NCBI RefSeq assembly: GCF_036321535.1
Contig: NC_087440.1
Location: forward strand, 29,388,001 to 29,452,000
DNA from: Camelus dromedarius
Taxonomy: Eukaryota
Direction of reading: 5' to 3'
Length of the DNA stretch: 64,000 nt
A program made the position numbers and the translations under genes. Numbering within the stretch: the stretch's first letter is position 1; the number at the start of each line of letters is the position of its first letter. The notes under the pieces were generated by a model. The model was not told the DNA's origin. It was given only the letters and a program-made list of their open reading frames with translations, and did no database searches. Positions 1 to 12,395 of the stretch are shown one piece after another.

Positions 1-420
1 GAGAGGATCCAGGGAAGAAATAAACTTGGAAGGGGGATCACTTCCCCCAGGTGAGTTTCAGAACTCTTTGGAGAAGATATAATGTGGCCCCACAGATGAG
101 GAGTCCTGGGGCCGAAGCTGGTCCACAGATGGAAGGCTGAAAATAGGGAGCAGGGAATTTAAGGCTCAGACTGGCAACAGAACTTGCTGGAGGGGGAGAG
201 CCACTGGGTTGCCTGAACATAGGCCATTGGCAGCTGTACTGTAGGAAAAATAAGCTAAACCCACTGGAAGAAGGAGAGAAGTCCCTTTCTTCTGTTGTGT
301 TCATCCAGCTTCTTGTCATGACAAAGAAAAAAGGTTTAAAGTTCAGTTCCAGTATGACAAAGCAGGCCAATGCAGATGAATTTGATGTCAAGAAATATGC
401 AAAGGAAAATATGATACTTT
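1..420 (-). mobile_element. Probable old ERVL-type LTR fragment (LTR40-like)
   Basis: The minus strand reads caaattcatctgcattggcctgctttgtcatactggaactgaactttaaacc. This resembles the 5' part of the LTR at 8735 and my recollection of LTR40. Weak, recall-based. Confidence 0.3.
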
Positions 421-2997
421 TTATTAAATAGAGTCCTTGGAGTTTTCTTCAACCTATCTGCTCTTGTTAACTTGTTGATGAAAGGAAATGGCACACATTA
501 CTGTGACCATTGCTCTTTCTCTTGTCATACGTTGCTTTGAATTTCTTATTTCAGCTCTGAAATTGTATCTACTGCTAAGAAAATTGTCGACTCCATCAAC
601 ATTTATATGTAGGATCTTGAATGTCCGGCTTATAAAGAGATAATATAAAGAATTAAAATAAAATGTGTTTTTCTGTGCTACAAGAAAACTTGCTGGCTTT
701 CCCTTCTTTAGAAGTACTTAGTTGAGATATAGATAGCACTTTATCTTTTCTTGAAAGAGAACTTGCCAAGATACTCCCTCTTTCCATTTGCAAACAATGT
801 AAGGGAAGCCATGTGAAAGATTCAAACAGTCTGGAAATATTTGGAGTCCTTTGACACAAACTCTTGTGTGAATTAGCTGTGAGAGTTCAGACTCCATTGC
901 TTAATACTTATCATTTTATTTCAGGGAGTCCATTAAGATAAAAATGCAAGTAATTCAATATCATGGGTGGCATATAGATTTCAATGTCAGAGATATCATC
1001 TTACAAAGTCATCTTACTCAAACTGAAAATCAGCTGCCTTTACATTAAAATGTACAACTGACCAAGATTTAAATTACTTGCACAAGTTTTATTTAGATTA
1101 TTTTAGCAAAATTTTATTAGTTTTATATATAAATCCTAAACATAAAAAGGGGATAATTTTTAAACTATGTATATATTACAGTTTTATAAATAAAATCATT
1201 TTTTAAAGTAATAAATACACTACACATGCAATCTTATGTTTATGCTATTTGAGGAGAAGAAGAGCAATGATATTAATCAAATTTTCAAAAGTATCTCTGA
1301 ATCAAGGAGACACCCATAGATATTATGAGCACCTGAGTAGCTAATAACTAGTGCAGTTAACCAGGTTACATATTTTCTGAATTTTTTAGTACATTGATTC
1401 TCATTGTTTACTAGATTTAATGTAACCTTTTTATAAAACGTAGAAAGTAGTCTTAATCTCAAATTAGAGCAATTAATTTGCCTAGCACTGAAAAAAGGGT
1501 GACATTAATAAGCTTTTTAATGAATCCTACCTCCATAATGCTTTAGCACTGTAGACTGAATAGAAGAAAACCATTCAGTGCATAGCCCTTTATTCAAGAA
1601 GAACAATCATAGAGCCAGCCTTCATTCCATGGATAGAATATGGAGTGGCCTGCATGGTATAAAGTCAGGGGACATTGGTACAATCTCTTCTTCCTGTCCC
1701 TGTTCTAGATCCAATGTACCAACTCTCCTCTCTTGCTACTGATAGATTGTATTCTAAAATTAGAAAGAAATGAATATGTCCAAATTCCTGAAGACAGTAA
1801 TTGATGGATTTAAATTTATACTAAAGTATAAATTACTGTTACTGGAAGGTAGATATTGAGAGTAGAAAAGAGCAAAAACGGTCAGGTCTCAGAATGCTAT
1901 GAAGAGAGCAGAAATTGATTGGGGTTGGAAAAGAGGACATTTTCATGGTTTCGTCCATGTTTTACTTAATGATGATACCACTGGGGATGGATTTAGAAAA
2001 GATTAGCTGGGAATGGGAAGATAAGAAGGCAAACAACAAAGTGCAAAACTAGAGTTTTCATTTTTAGCATAAAAGTCTGTTTGCCTTTTATGAATTAAGA
2101 GATTTGGGAAAATAAGCTTAGAAACTCTAATCAACATTTATAACTCCCCTAATAGTCCCTAGAATCCAGGGTGGAGATTCAGCAGCAGAGGCCTGGTTGC
2201 CAACTGGGATGTGTGTTTAACATTGACCCTTATCACTAAAAACTTCATATTGGGTCCAGATGCAAAGAGTGCAGCACAGCTTCTCACACCACAGACTAAG
2301 ACTGAATTGATCAACTTTAAAGATTCTTCTCTTTTCTACAGCTCATCATTTCATTTCAAAGGAAACTGAAATTATCTTAACTGATCAGAGAAAGCCCACT
2401 AAATACTTGAAAAGCAATCTTCCAATTACATATACTTCCATATTTTAAAGCACCACGAGTTATTGGAAAATAATATGAGATAGTCCCATAATAATTGATG
2501 TTGGAGGAGGAATCTCATTACCTAAGAATTTCCACTTAAGCCTGTGCACTTAAATTAGTGGAGTGGCTATCCCCTAGTTGGAAAAATGCAAACATTCAAT
2601 TAAATAATATTCATCTATATTGAATTTTAGGCATGTAAATTGGGAAACTCATACAATCATAAAAAAATGTCTAAATGTATCCCCATGAAGGAATCCCCAT
2701 TCTGTTTTTTCCATCACATTTATGTTTACCTGTAGCCAAAGCAGTCAATACATCTATACTCTTCACATAAAGTCTTTCCATATTTTATTTTCCGAACAGG
2801 TAATCATGATAAATTTTTTCATATTTTTGGATATTTAACTTTTGCTTAGGTGATATCTGGGAAAAGACTTGTTAATATCGATTAAATATTCTCTATATCA
2901 TCTTCTCCATTACTTTCACCACAGTTAAGGTATGCCACACGAACATGTTGAAACTATTTACAGACTACTGATTTGAAGAATTTGAATGAATTTTATC

Positions 2998-3968
2998 TTA
3001 ATAAAGGGAATTCCTCACTACCAGTGGCATTTCAGAAATTTTCTTGGGCCTCAGGTAGTTGGTCATAATTTTCCTCATGGCAGCCTTCATATCTCTGTTT
3101 CTCAGTGTGTAAATAATGGGGTTTAGGATAGGAGTGAAAATGGTGTAAAATATGGCAAGAACTTTATCCACAGGATAGGTGGTAAAGGGCCACATGTAGA
3201 TGAATATGCAAGGTCCAAAGAATAACATTACTACGGTGATATGGGCAGCCAGTGTAGAAAACGCCTTGGCCATTGCAGCAGAAGACTTAAACCAGACGGT
3301 AACAAGAATAATGATGTAGGAGCTGACCAGGAGGGAGAAAGTGCTTAGGGAAAGGATTCCACTATTGACCACAATTAGTATTTCAATGATATAAGAGTCC
3401 AAGCAGGCAAGTTTAGTCACTCGAGGAAGGTCACAAAAAAAGCTGTCTACTTCATTGGGTCCACAAAAAGGTAGGTTCATGGTAAATGATAACTGGCTTA
3501 ACATGTGCACCAAGCCCACAGCCCAGGAGATCATTACCAGGAGAGTGCATGTCCTTCAGCTCATGATGACGACGTAATGTAGGGGTTTGCATATGGCTAG
3601 TATCTGTCATAGGCCATGGAGACAAGTAGCACCATCTCCCCGCCAGTGAATAGGTGAATGAAGAAAATCTGGGCTATGCAGCCACTGAAGGATATGGTCT
3701 TGGGTTCACTCAGAAAATCAGCAATCATCTTCGGGGTAGCAAAGGAAGCCTGGCAGATGTCCACAAAGGAAAGGTTTCCCAAGAGGAAGTACATGGGGGA
3801 GTGCAGGCTGTTGTCAGAAGTCACCATGAGGATAATGAGAAGGTTTCCCAGCACAATGACCACATACAACACAGAGAAGAAAATGAAAAAGAAAAGCTGG
3901 AGTTCCTGAGAACTAGAGAGTCCCAGCAGTACAAACTCAGACACCACCGAAGAATTGACCTTATCCAT
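2998..3968 (-). pseudogene. OR4K5: Olfactory receptor OR4K5 orthologue, disrupted
   Basis: ATG at 3968 (MDKVNSSVVSEFVLLGL), then LHSPMYFLLGNLS and MAYDRY. A 1-nt deletion at 3599/3600 gives TAG; the restored frame has TGA at 3556-3558. It continues SFFCDLPRVTKLACLDSYIIEILIVVNSGILSLSTF to NRDMKAAMRK and a stop at 2998. Nearly identical to human OR4K5 as recalled. The repaired length is 323 aa. Confidence 0.92.
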
Positions 3969-4001
3969 GGATCCAGGCTGCAGGCTTGCTCTGAAACGAT
4001 C

Positions 4002-4025
4002 CTGAAGGAGGGGAAATAGGAAGGG
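4002..4025 (-). promoter_or_regulatory. Splice acceptor of the OR4K5 coding exon
   Basis: Minus strand cccttcctatttccctccttcAG|gatc, 33 nt upstream of the ATG. OR coding exons typically follow a 5' UTR intron. Confidence 0.6.
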
Positions 4026-4294
4026 ATCAGACTGAGGAACCAAGAACACTTTTAACAGAAAGGATTCTGAGATCTCAAATATCATGTGAATAAAAAAATT
4101 TGGAGACCAGAATAATATATCTGGAAAGTAGGAAGGAGCTTATGAGAATGTCTAAATAATATTTCTAGGCTGCAGAGGAGAAATTTAAAGATCAAACAGA
4201 CTTAGTAATCATCTGACATTTAGACAGCTAGTAAGAGTTGCAAAATCTTAGTGTGGATTTGAAATCATACAATAAAAATAATATTAAACTCTTA

Positions 4295-4507
4295 GTACCA
4301 GCAAAGTTCTAGGCACTGTCCTAAGCATCTTATGGATACAATTGAGTCTTCCCATAATACTACATGGTAAACACACTTATTAAATTCATTTTTCAATAAG
4401 AAATCAGAATCACAGAGACGATAAGTAACTTCCCTAGAGTTACACACCTGGACAATAAGTGACCTAAATTTTGAACTCAAACCTTTCATTCTCAGGCTAG
4501 TGCTCTC
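4295..4507 (-). mobile_element. MIR SINE
   Basis: Degenerate reverse MIR core: ataagaaatcagaatcacagagacgataagtaacttccctagagttacac, then tttgaactcaaacct. Confidence 0.6.
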
Positions 4508-4648
4508 TGATATTATTTTACATTGTTTAGAATTCAGTGATGTGAAACCCCTACCATTTTCACTCAACAGCAATTGGAAAGTCCCTCAACATATGCTCTT
4601 GATTCTGATCTTTCCACCTACTGTGAGACATTGGCTCTTCAGCTGAGC

Positions 4649-4868
4649 CGGGCATCTCAACTCTGGCACTACTGGCATTTGGGGTGAACTCTCTGTTGTG
4701 GAGGACCGTCCTGCGCACTGTAGGATGTTGGGTGGCATCCCTGGCCTTTCCCACTGGGTGCCAGTAGCACTTTCCCCCGGAGTTGTGACAATAAAAAATG
4801 TATCTAGGCATTGCCAAATGCTGAGTGGGGGTAAGAGGATGCAAAATCACTCTAGTTGTGAACCACTG
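4649..4868 (-). mobile_element. MER20 hAT-Charlie non-autonomous DNA transposon
   Basis: Full-length match to the recalled MER20 reverse complement (tctcaac...gtaggatgtt...catccctggcct...gccagtagcac...gttgtgacaa...cattgccaaatg...aaccactg). 8-bp TSD agctgagc (4641-4648) / agttgagc (4869-4876). Confidence 0.85.
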
Positions 4869-5089
4869 AGTTGAGCCATCTTTAGCTTGCATTTTCAGTC
4901 TCTCTCTCTCAACATTTTCATGGACCGACAACATGCTCAATCGGACTCTTCCAGGAAATAAGCAAAAACAAACAAACAACAAAAAGAACTCTCCTAAATT
5001 CTTCTACTCTCTTTTGTTGTTTTTTACTTAATTTCTCCTCTTGTTTTCAATAAGAAATTTCTTAAAGGATATCCATGTTTCCTTCCAAT

Positions 5090-6100
5090 TCTTTTTCCCC
5101 TGTTCAACCCTTAACACAGCTATGCCTTTTGCTTCCACAGTCAGCGAAACTTTTTTAAAACAAATGTCCTCAAAGTCTGGTCATAAAAGCTAATTTTGTT
5201 ACACTCTTAAGTGAAAGAGTCTCTGTTTTTTCTCTCAGAATTTTTAATATTAGCTTTCTTCATCCACACACTGCGCCTTCCAGTGTGGATTTCCCTTAAG
5301 GAACTAGCCTTTGGGTCTCCAATTTGCCCCTTCCCGGCTGGGCATCTGGTACTCCTTTCTGTCTCTTACTCCGCATCCTTCTCAGCCTCTCTTTCTCTCT
5401 GCTCCTTGTTCCCCTTCTCCCTTGGGTACTCCATTCAACTCCACAGCATCAACAATCCCTGCTGTGTGATGACTTCTGATTTTGCAGCACCGTTTCTCAC
5501 CACACTCCGGTTTCCCAACCAGGTTTCTGACAGTTTTATGGATGTGACTATTCACAGCCATCTCACACCTCAGCTCACACTTTTTCTCCTCAATTTAGTT
5601 CTTTCTCCCTTTAAAGATTTTCCATTGTGTAACTGTCACCATTATTCTTCCAGGTTGTAAACTTGACTTTTTTTCTAGACCTCACTCTCCCCACTTATAA
5701 CATCTCATTGCTCCTTTAAAAATAAAAGGTCTTCAGCATGACAGGTGTATATGGTGGTCTGGTCTGGTTTTACCTATGCTATTCTCTAGCCAAAACAGAC
5801 CCTTAAAACTTTTAATAAGCTGGTCCACTCTGCCTATTCATTTTCTCGTGTCCTTCACAGATAGATGATCTATTCCAATACAAATGTCATCACCAAAAGC
5901 CTTCACAGAGCTTATGCTGAAGTGTCTTTCCTAACGGTGTTGCAGCACTTGGCTTGCACTTACATTATGTGCTCCTCCAGGGTAAGCGTTGCGCACATAC
6001 CATTTCCCTGCCACACGGAGAGACTCTTGAATTTGTGTGTGTGCTCCTTGTGGACTGCTCATAGGACTTAGTATAGGTACTTACATGGAATATATTCTCT
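5090..6100 (+). mobile_element. L2 LINE remnant (3' region)
   Basis: Pyrimidine-rich degenerate L2-type sequence ending in a tail like ctcttgaatttgtg...ctcataggacttagtataggtactt. Boundaries approximate. Confidence 0.5.
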
Positions 6101-7454
6101 ATAAATGTACTTTAGTGCTAATTGAGATATATTCCATCTCAACATTTTACTCAACATTTCTACCTTCTAATTTTCCTGTGCACAGAGGCCTTCCCACTGA
6201 ATGGCCTGCAAACCATAAAACACCTATATAAACTTCATCTCTACGTGGAACAAAAATATGTCATCTCATTAGTAACACAAGCTCATACTTGAGTCATTAA
6301 AACCAGCGCCCATAATCAAACCAGCAAATGCAAAGGGAATAAAATAACCCTGAATTACAGCATATTTATTTGTTGTATTAGAAATAAACCATAGTTTGTT
6401 TACCAAATTTTTTAAAAGTGATAAAAATAATGAGACTCTTAGAAAAGAAGAAACTTCCCGTCTTTTTCTGTAGAATTAAGTAAATCCTGTCTGATCCACT
6501 TCAAGTACAGGGTAAGTGAAATAAATCATTGGTGCAAAGATAATACAACTATAAACCTATAACCTGAGTTTGGTATTTAACATTTCCATGATTTTTTAAA
6601 ATAGTTTTTCCTCATAGGCACATTTCCACAAAGAAACATAGCCTTGATTTACATGTTTATTTAATTCCTTTAGGTGAAAGGTAAGAGTGGCATCATGGTT
6701 TTTTACAAGTACAATCAGTGTTTGTCATAATCTCCCCAAGAACACTTCACCTTCTTACATAATTTCTCACAAATTCTCCCAAACCTGCTAGAACACCTGA
6801 CCATTCTCATCGTGACTCACTTTCTTTTACTTCTAGTACATTTTTCTCCCATTCGTGGACCCTCTCCAAGGCATAGTGTAGTAATGTAATGCATAACTGG
6901 ACACAATCTATTTTTAATGTATGTCTTAGTCAGATATACCTACCTGATATAAAGCATATCAGAGATGTAAATTGAATTTCATCAGTTTTTCTGTTGTGGG
7001 ATTAATCTTTTCCACCTAGCGATACTAGAGATGCCTTTTTCTTTTGTCAGATTGGAGTAGTGCTTGGATTTATCTAAGTGACCTATTGATGCTTTGAAGA
7101 TTTAGTAATAGAGAGCCGAGGTTTCTCTTCCAATGGGGATTATTAATACCTCCCACTACGTATCCCATTGGAACAACGTAAATAGCATCCCCCATTGTTG
7201 ACAATTACAATGAGGACCATAGGGTCATAAGAGAAAAAGGGAGAGCCACTCAGCCCTGGGGCAGTATGTGGAGTGAAATACCTTATGTGACTTTTACATA
7301 ATGGAACCTGCTACTCTAGGGAGAATATGGGGAAAAGTACATTCTTTTTCCTAAATGAGAATGCTTTGACTTGGAAATGAAAGGACACGCTGTCTCCTTG
7401 CTTCCTGACCATGTGGTAATATAGAGGAAAGGGGGACTAATAAGAACTTAGAGG

Positions 7455-7550
7455 ATGTGGGTTCTTGTTCTCCACTGTATTAATAACTAAGATTATGTTA
7501 CTGGATAAATTACTTAACTCTGAGCCTCAGTTTACCCTTCTGTAAAATTA
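7455..7550 (+). mobile_element. MIR core
   Basis: ggataaattacttaactctgagcctcagtttacccttctgtaaaat. Confidence 0.6.
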
Positions 7551-7677
7551 TTTTTAACATTTCTAGTACACTGAAAATAAAGAGAACTATTAAATGAACA
7601 TTTTGTATACAACGTTCAATTTGGCCAAATGTTAATGTTTTGCCATATTTCCTTTATTTTTATTAGTAATAAAACAC

Positions 7678-8240
7678 TGTGAAAGGCAGTAGAATATGCA
7701 ACCCCACCCCACCCAAATGCCATTTTGGCATAAGGATCATTTTGATCTCAAGACAATTGAGAAGCAGACAGGAGAAAAGCTCTCTGCCCTCCATTTGCCT
7801 AAAAGCAGAAGGTAAATTTGTATGAGTGATGCCCCTCTCCTTTCTACCAGGAAGGACGGAAATTAATCAGAGGGGACAACTCTAGGTCCCTATCAGCTCA
7901 GGGATGTAAACCTAGGAATTTACATAACAAACATTGCTAACTAGCCTTTGTCTTCCAGTACTTCCCCCATTTATTCACCTCCCCACAGCTTGCTGCTCTG
8001 AAAACTCAAAGTCCCTTTCCTTTGTCTTGTCACGTCTCCAAAACCGTGTTGTTTTGTTAAGATGCTATATAAGCCNNNNNNNNNNNNNNNNNNNNNNNNN
8101 NNNNNNNNNNNNNNNNNNNNNNNNNNNNNNNNNNNNNNNNNNNNNNNNNNNNNNNNNNNNNNNNNNNNNNNNNNNNNNNNNNNNNNNNNNNNNNNNNNNN
8201 NNNNNNNNNNNNNNNNNNNNNNNNNNNNNNNNNNNNNCGT
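7678..8240 (+). mobile_element. ERV1 LTR, MER34-like; 3' part hidden by Ns
   Basis: Starts with TG, then agaatatgcaacccc...atgccattttggcataaggatcattttga...aattgagaag (MER34A-type 5' end). A TATA-like gctatataagcc sits just before the N-run. Confidence 0.7.
8076..8237. other. N-run (162 nt) inside an LTR
   Basis: Directly visible. Confidence 0.99.
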
Positions 8241-8304
8241 TACTCTTCTATAATTACTAGTTGAAGCATGTTATGTAATAGCACAAACCAATTTTCCACA
8301 GTTA

Positions 8305-8710
8305 ACCCTTATTCTGAGTTTGGTATTTAACATTTACATGATTTTTAAAAACAGTTTTGCTACATAGAGATGTATCCACAAAGAAATATGCAGCCTAAAT
8401 TCACATGCTTATATAATTCTTCTGTGATGCTATTTTTCACTCAGTAATTTGGGAATTATCAGTAGTGATACACATAGTTTTAGTTCATTTTTATGCTGTA
8501 GTTTTTCCACTGTATGAATACATACACATTGCTTATGTGTCCATTTTTCATGAAGCAATGGTTGTTTCCAATGCTTGCTTTACAAACAAATTAGAACATT
8601 TATGTGAATAAATATGCTAGAGGTTCTCTAGGATGTATTCCTAATCAAGTAATTAGTAAGTCATAAAGAATATGGGTCATCAACATTACTACATATTTCC
8701 AAATTATCCA
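8305..8710 (-). mobile_element. Old L1 (L1ME-like) 3' end fragment
   Basis: ctgagtttggtatttaacatt...gtatccacaaagaaatatg...tttagttcatttttatgctgtag...ggttgtttccaatg...tacaaacaa, typical of antisense L1ME 3' sequence. Confidence 0.5.
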
Positions 8711-8734
8711 AAAAAAAATCCAGTAAAAACTAGG

Positions 8735-9370
8735 TGTGTAACAAGTTTGCATCTAGTTTCAGTTATGTATTTATTGCTTCTCAGCTCTGAATGTACCCTT
8801 CATTACATGCTCTGTGATAAGTAATGGAATTCCTTTAAGTATTTCTCCTTTAATGTGGTGTTAACCCTTCTAGAGGAGGGAACCAGAGGCACACAGCCAG
8901 GGGAACAGGAGCTCCAGTGGTTGGGGTCTGGGCTCAGATCAATGTGTGGGTATTAGGACCTCCTAAGGAGCCTGCCCCAGACATGAACCAAAACACAGTC
9001 CCTGTGCTGCCTTGCAGTCACAGTCTAGTGATAACCTTTCCACAGTGCTCTCCACAGAGGAACCCTGGACCTTTACTCTGTAGGGTCCCTGCCCATGCCA
9101 GCACCTAGACTCCCATTACACGCAGACCCCACCAGTTGCTGATGACCCAGTCCCCCATCTGCAAATGGGTGGCCTATTGCTTGCCAGCAGTTTGAGACCA
9201 GCTCCAGTCCAGTTCATGAATATATTTACTAACCAGTGAGGTGAACCACACCTTCTCCTTCGAGTCTAAACTCCTTTCAGGATCGACCTTCCTTTGGTAC
9301 TGACCGTCCTTTGGTACTTTCCCTCTGCCCTAAGGCACCATGTAGACTTCCCTTATGTCTCTGCTCTCAT
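8735..9370 (+). mobile_element. ERVL LTR (LTR40-like)
   Basis: 5' part tattgcttctcagctctgaatgtacccttcattacatgctctgtgata...tatttctccttt resembles recalled LTR40. GC-richer than its flanks. Confidence 0.5.
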
Positions 9371-9379
9371 TAGTGTCTC

Positions 9380-10230
9380 TGAGCTGTTAGCTTCTTCGGT
9401 CATGTTTTTTTGCATCCCTATCCAGTCTGTCTTCTTCTCAGCAACTCGCAGAATGTTATAGTGTTTGTTTTATAGATATGTCCATTGTTACAACTGCATT
9501 TAGCAGGAGTAATATGAAAAATTATTTCTGCTCCTTTTCCCACAATAAGTCATCTGCTTTTCTTTTATAATAGTAATATTTTCTCCTTGTCATTTGCTAT
9601 GTGTATTTAGTCATTTTGAACATATTTGCTTCATAATACTTATCCAAAGATTTATTGCTGATTTGAGGGGGAAACCGGGGGTTAGTCTGTTTCTTCTGTC
9701 TGCTGACTCTTGTTCTCTGTGGATGGGCTGCTTGTGTGTTTTAGAATTTGATTGTGAACTCAAATTCAGCAGGACTTCATGTGTCTAAATCTCACGTGGC
9801 CTCTTTTAAGGACATGAGCCATCAGAGAGGTTTTTGTCTTTCCTTTTGTGAATGCCCCCAAAACTTCATTGATGCCTTGAGTTCCCAATACCAATGTCAA
9901 TTTTTTAGGTTAATACTCTTCTGATTATGCTGAATATAAATTCAAAGTCTAAACTTATATGTGGGCAACCCACGATTATAATTTCCAAGAGGAAGCATTT
10001 TTTTCTCTCCATAAGCAAGGAATGAGGACAAATATTTCGGTCTGTTCCTTGTGCTTCTTGGTACCCTCTTCTGGTCCACACTTTCACTGAGGGTCCCAGA
10101 TCCAAGAGATCCAGTTCCACCTCACACTCTTGTACAGACAAAACTCTCCTCTAATGGTCTAGCCCTGCACATCCTTTTCTTGACCTGCAATCACTTCCCA
10201 TCAACTGTCCCCGCTCCAAAGCTTCCACTA
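9380..10230 (-). mobile_element. Probable ancient L1 5'/ORF1-region remnant
   Basis: T-rich antisense L1-like composition. No specific subfamily recognised. Confidence 0.3.
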
Positions 10231-10689
10231 TTTTAGATACCATGATGTCATTTGTTTGTTCTAAAGAATGCATCCAGAGTTCATAAATATTTTTATAGGA
10301 AGTGTTTCAGATTACCTAAATTTCAGTATTTTTAGTAATAGAGGTATAATCTGAATTTTCTAATTCACAAAACATTTTGTGAGGATCAAATGTGGTGATA
10401 TATAAAGATACAATTTACAAATGGCATGTGATCATTGAACATAGTTTTTGCTTTATTATCACCATTGTTCTCTGATACAGTCCTCTATTAGGTTTTTATT
10501 TTTTAGTTCTATGTTTCATGGAGGAATCAACAGAAACTTGCCGAATGGATAAAGTTATGAGGAAGAAAATGAGTCCAAAATTGTTTAAAATATAACTGGA
10601 TATTAAATCCTAATCCATACTACTACTTTGTCTACATACTAAGTTTCAATAACATAACTTGCCTTTGGGGTATGGCTTTTCTGTCACAC

Positions 10690-10830
10690 ATTGGAAGTCA
10701 GAAGTTATTTCTTCTACTTTCTGATTATGAATTATGTTCAGTTAACTTGTATGACTCTCAATCTCAGTCTTCCAATTGGTGAAAAGAGGATTTAGATGAG
10801 TAAGAATTAAATACTATATTTAAGTATGAA
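10690..10830 (+). mobile_element. MIR
   Basis: gttaacttgtatgactctcaatctcagtcttccaattggtgaaaagagga. Confidence 0.5.
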
Positions 10831-11667
10831 AATGTAGCCTTCTTTTGAAAAGTCAAAATAATGGTTTTATACTTTCAGAGAGCCTTGAAAAATGTATTCT
10901 CAATTTTGTTTTATTGGTCGGTGTGGATTAGAGGGCATGACTTGAAGGCAGCAAGAGAACGCATGGAGCAAAACTATAATTTAGCAATGTTGGCAAAAAT
11001 ACTCTGCTTATATGTGGAGAAATCTCCATTTCTGTATGCTCTCATTGAGCCACTAAGTTTGAGTGTCAATTCTGAACTTCAGTTTAGCACACTGATACAA
11101 GTAAACATTACTTGTGGGCTCAGATCTTAGTATTTGTGACGGCATTAATGTAAATATGAGTCTATTTGGTTTCTAAGTTCAGATAATGAATTCTGCAACA
11201 TAACCTATTTATTCTTTGGTCCCTAAGCTTGGATAGTTTGTAGTGAGAGTTCAGGGTGCAAGAAATACTGGTCCTATATACCAAAAAAAAAAAATGATCT
11301 CAATATATTTAGTTTGTTCATTCAGAAAGAAATAGTTTGAATAGCAAGGAATGTCATTGTTTGTGATTATGTACGTATACAGAGAAAGGAGAGAGAGAGA
11401 GAGAATGAGATCTTTCGCCTAAAAATGGTGAGAACTGTGCCAAGTTTTCCTCATCTGTAAAATTTATGACAATACCTACCTCTTATTTGTGGTACCAGTT
11501 AAAATGATGACTGGAAAATGACTATAAGTTAGTTACTATTCTAAAACTATAAAATATGATTTAAATATAATACATTATCTTAGTATTTTATACATTTTCA
11601 TATTTACCAAGTTGATTAGTAGAAGCATGAATTTAGTAGACACATTTTATAGGAAAAGGAGACTTTT

Positions 11668-12372
11668 CTATTGAAGTATAGTTGATATACAATATTGTAT
11701 TTGTTTCAGGTGTACAGCATTGTGATTCAGAATTTTTACAGATTATACTCCATTAGAAGTTATTACAAGCTATTGGCTATAATCCCGTGTGTTATACAAT
11801 ATATCCTTGTTGTTTACCTGTTTTATACAAAGTAGTTTGTACCTCTTAATCCCATATCCCTAACATGCCTCTTTCCCATCCCCTCTCCTCTGGTAACTGC
11901 TAGTTTGTTTTCTATATCTGTTAGTCCATTTTTGTTTTGCTATATACCTTTGTTTGTATTACTTTTTTAGATTGTACATATAAGTGATATCATACCATAT
12001 TTGTCTTTCTCTGTCTGACTTATTTCACTAAACATAATATTCTCTAGGTCCATCTACGTTGCTGTGAATGGCAGAATATCATTCTTTTTATGGCTGAGTA
12101 ATAGTCCATGTACATATATACCAGATCTTTTTTATCTGTTCAGCTGTTGATGGACACTTGAGTTGCTTCTATATCATGGCTATTGTAAATAGTGCTATTA
12201 TAAACTTTGGGGTGCATATATCTTTCCAAATTGGTGCTTTCACTTTTGCTGGATATATAACTAGGAGTGTAGATCATATGATAGTTCTATTTTTAGTTTT
12301 TAAGGAACTTCCATACTGCTTTCTATAATGGCTGCACAAGTTTATATTCCCAACAGTGCACAAGGTTTCCTT
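11668..12372 (-). mobile_element. 5'-truncated L1 (L1MA9-like/camelid L1 3' end)
   Basis: Antisense L1 3' UTR and ORF2 end (attgaagtatagttgatatacaatattg...ggctgcacaagtttatattcccaacagtg). 18-bp TSD taggaaaaggagactttt (11650-11667) / taggaagagaagactttt (12373-12390), 2 mismatches. Confidence 0.9.
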
Positions 12373-12395
12373 TAGGAAGAGAAGACTTTTATTAT

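Noticed and set aside
38-391. 117-aa minus-strand ORF
   Set aside because: No recognisable domain, and it overlaps probable LTR sequence.
1672-1722. Short inverted similarity acattggtaca / ccaatgtaccaa
   Set aside because: The arms are 7-8 nt, within chance expectation.
4560-4982. 140-aa ORF
   Set aside because: It is a chance frame across the MER20 element.
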